Assembly (NCBI GenBank): GCA_030704615.1
Contig: CM060734.1
Coordinates: 58,280,001-58,344,000 of the forward strand
Direction: 5' to 3'
From: Takakia lepidozioides
Lineage: Eukaryota; Plantae; Bryophyta
Length of the DNA stretch: 64,000 nucleotides
The position numbers were made by a program, and so were the translations under genes. The notes beneath the pieces were generated by a model that ran no database searches, was not told the origin of the DNA, and saw only the letters and a list, made by a program, of their open reading frames with translations. Shown here piece after piece: positions 62,501-64,000 of this stretch; the stretch's first letter is position 1; the number at the start of each line of letters is the position of its first letter.

Positions 62501-64000
62501 CTAAATCTAAAGCTCCAGGCCCGGATCTTATCTCAAATGCCATACTTCAAACACCGGACCCTCAACTCCATCACCTCATCTACAAATTTTTTCAATTATG
62601 TTATAAACTGCAACGTATACCACACTCCTGGAAACACAGTCGCACCATTTTACTCTTCAAAAAATGCGACCCCACGGACCTCAGCAACTACAGACCTATT
62701 GCATTAGCAAACACCATATACAAATTATTCACCTGCACGCTCACCACAATGCTCTCAAGGTACGGCGAACAACACCAAATTCTCAGCGACCCTCAAGAAG
62801 GATTTTGCGCCACATGTAGCACAACTCGACAAATCCAATATGTTTTATCCGCCCTCGAAGACGCTAAACTTACCAAGCAAGATATATATCTACTATACAT
62901 CGATTTAAAAAAATGCCTTCGGCTCCCTAGACCGTGCTAGATTATTGGCCATCATGCTTGAGATAGGTTACCCCACCGATGCCGTTCAACTAATCGGAAA
63001 CATATACGCAAACAATACTTCCCCTTCCTAGGTCCAGACAAACCATACACTTACCTAGATATCCAATTAGTACCTTCCCTCACTTGGCACATCCAGAAAG
63101 AATCTACGTCATCCAGACTAGCTACCAAAAGCCTAGCCTTGCTCAAAGCTCCGATTGCCATCCGCCCCAAACTATCAATCATTAAATCAGTATTACAAAC
63201 ACAAATTCAATACTCGTTCCACGCCGCACCCTTCTCCATACCCGACATAAAAAAACTGGATAAAAATATTATTCGTCTTATTAAGCGTGTATATGGCTTA
63301 CCAATTAGTACCCCTAATGCCTTACACAACTCCCAACCGACAACCACGGAATTGGTTCTAGCCCACTAATCATCTCATATGCCAGGACATTGGGGACACA
63401 ATTAAAAGAAGCGCTCAACGACCCTGGACGTCTCGGTATCATCTACCAGGGACTTCTAAAATACATTGCCTTAAAACACGATGGCATGTACTCACTATCA
63501 TCTTTGCACCCGCAGGCCTGTTTACACTCCCCCACTGCACGTACACAACTCATACTACGTCAAATAAAAATTCGCATACTAACCGACCTACCAGATTCGT
63601 TATCCCCATACGACAATTTAGATGACACCAATGCCTATATTATCGAAGCTATACTGGGGGTCAAAACCCAAACGTCAATTGACGCCTTTGCAGGTGTCAC
63701 CTGCATAGATACATACTACCACTGCAAATGGGTTGGGTACTCCTCAGAAGATAATACATGGCAGATTGAGGATGATCTATTCGGCCCCCATGACGATTGT
63801 GACCCAGATCACAACCTGGCTCTTCTCATCACCTTCTATAAACATACTAACACTGATTATCTAACACATATTCATCAACACACCACCCCCACTCAACCTA
63901 CAGACAATCTCAAGCATAACCAATCACTTATTCACATGGGCCCCCGCCTCTCCAATATTTACGCTCCACATGGTCGTTTCATAGGGATCATCCCCAACAA
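56575..64000 (+). mobile_element. Degenerate long non-LTR retrotransposon, Dualen/RandI-like; runs off the right edge
   Basis: Broken ORF1 at 57127-59203. APE: LHIITWNVGSL, SDF, SDH. RT: KAPGPD, KKCDPTDLSNYRPIALANTIYKLF, QEGF, YIDLK.AFGSLD.ARLLAIM..GYP.DAV. A/C-rich coding strand; similar composition at ~52800-54825 may be its 5' part. Clade assigned by recalled similarity only. Confidence 0.75.
63633..63782 (+). pseudogene. Chromodomain downstream of the LINE RT
   Basis: AYIIEAILGVK...YYHCKWVGYSSEDNTWQIEDDL, with aromatic cage residues Y, W and Y present. Confidence 0.8.

Overview
This window is eukaryotic nuclear DNA from a non-seed land plant. That assignment is an inference from spliceosomal introns, PLS-DYW RNA-editing PPR genes and bryophyte-style transposons; the species cannot be determined here. 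Host genes: RIC1 (5' part, minus strand), a serine palmitoyltransferase small subunit gene with a U12 intron, a three-repeat MYB (MYB3R) gene, and three PLS-class PPR loci. One PPR locus has an eroded DYW domain. The other two are a DYW gene with an intact PPR-DYW ORF and its frameshifted copy, set head-to-head in an ~11 kb inverted duplication. Main finding: once short introns are removed, all three PPR loci carry tandem N-terminal copies of the PDF motif (LW..FF..P..WWDNR..K | .P..PDFKHK....LW....P.WV). This is the ssDNA-binding motif of plant organellar OSB proteins, here fused to PPR editing factors, and the ORF track misses it because an intron splits each motif. The region 8-23.7 kb is a nest of transposons: a MULE transposase pseudogene contains a MULE-like element and a chromovirus LTR retrotransposon. 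The retrotransposon contains a hAT-like element and an RTE-X-like LINE, and has a codon-precise 6.3 kb internal inversion. The right end holds a degenerate Dualen/RandI-like LINE with a 2A-like motif and a chromodomain, a Tourist MITE, and a MULE filled with hairpin repeats. All alignments and translations were done by eye.
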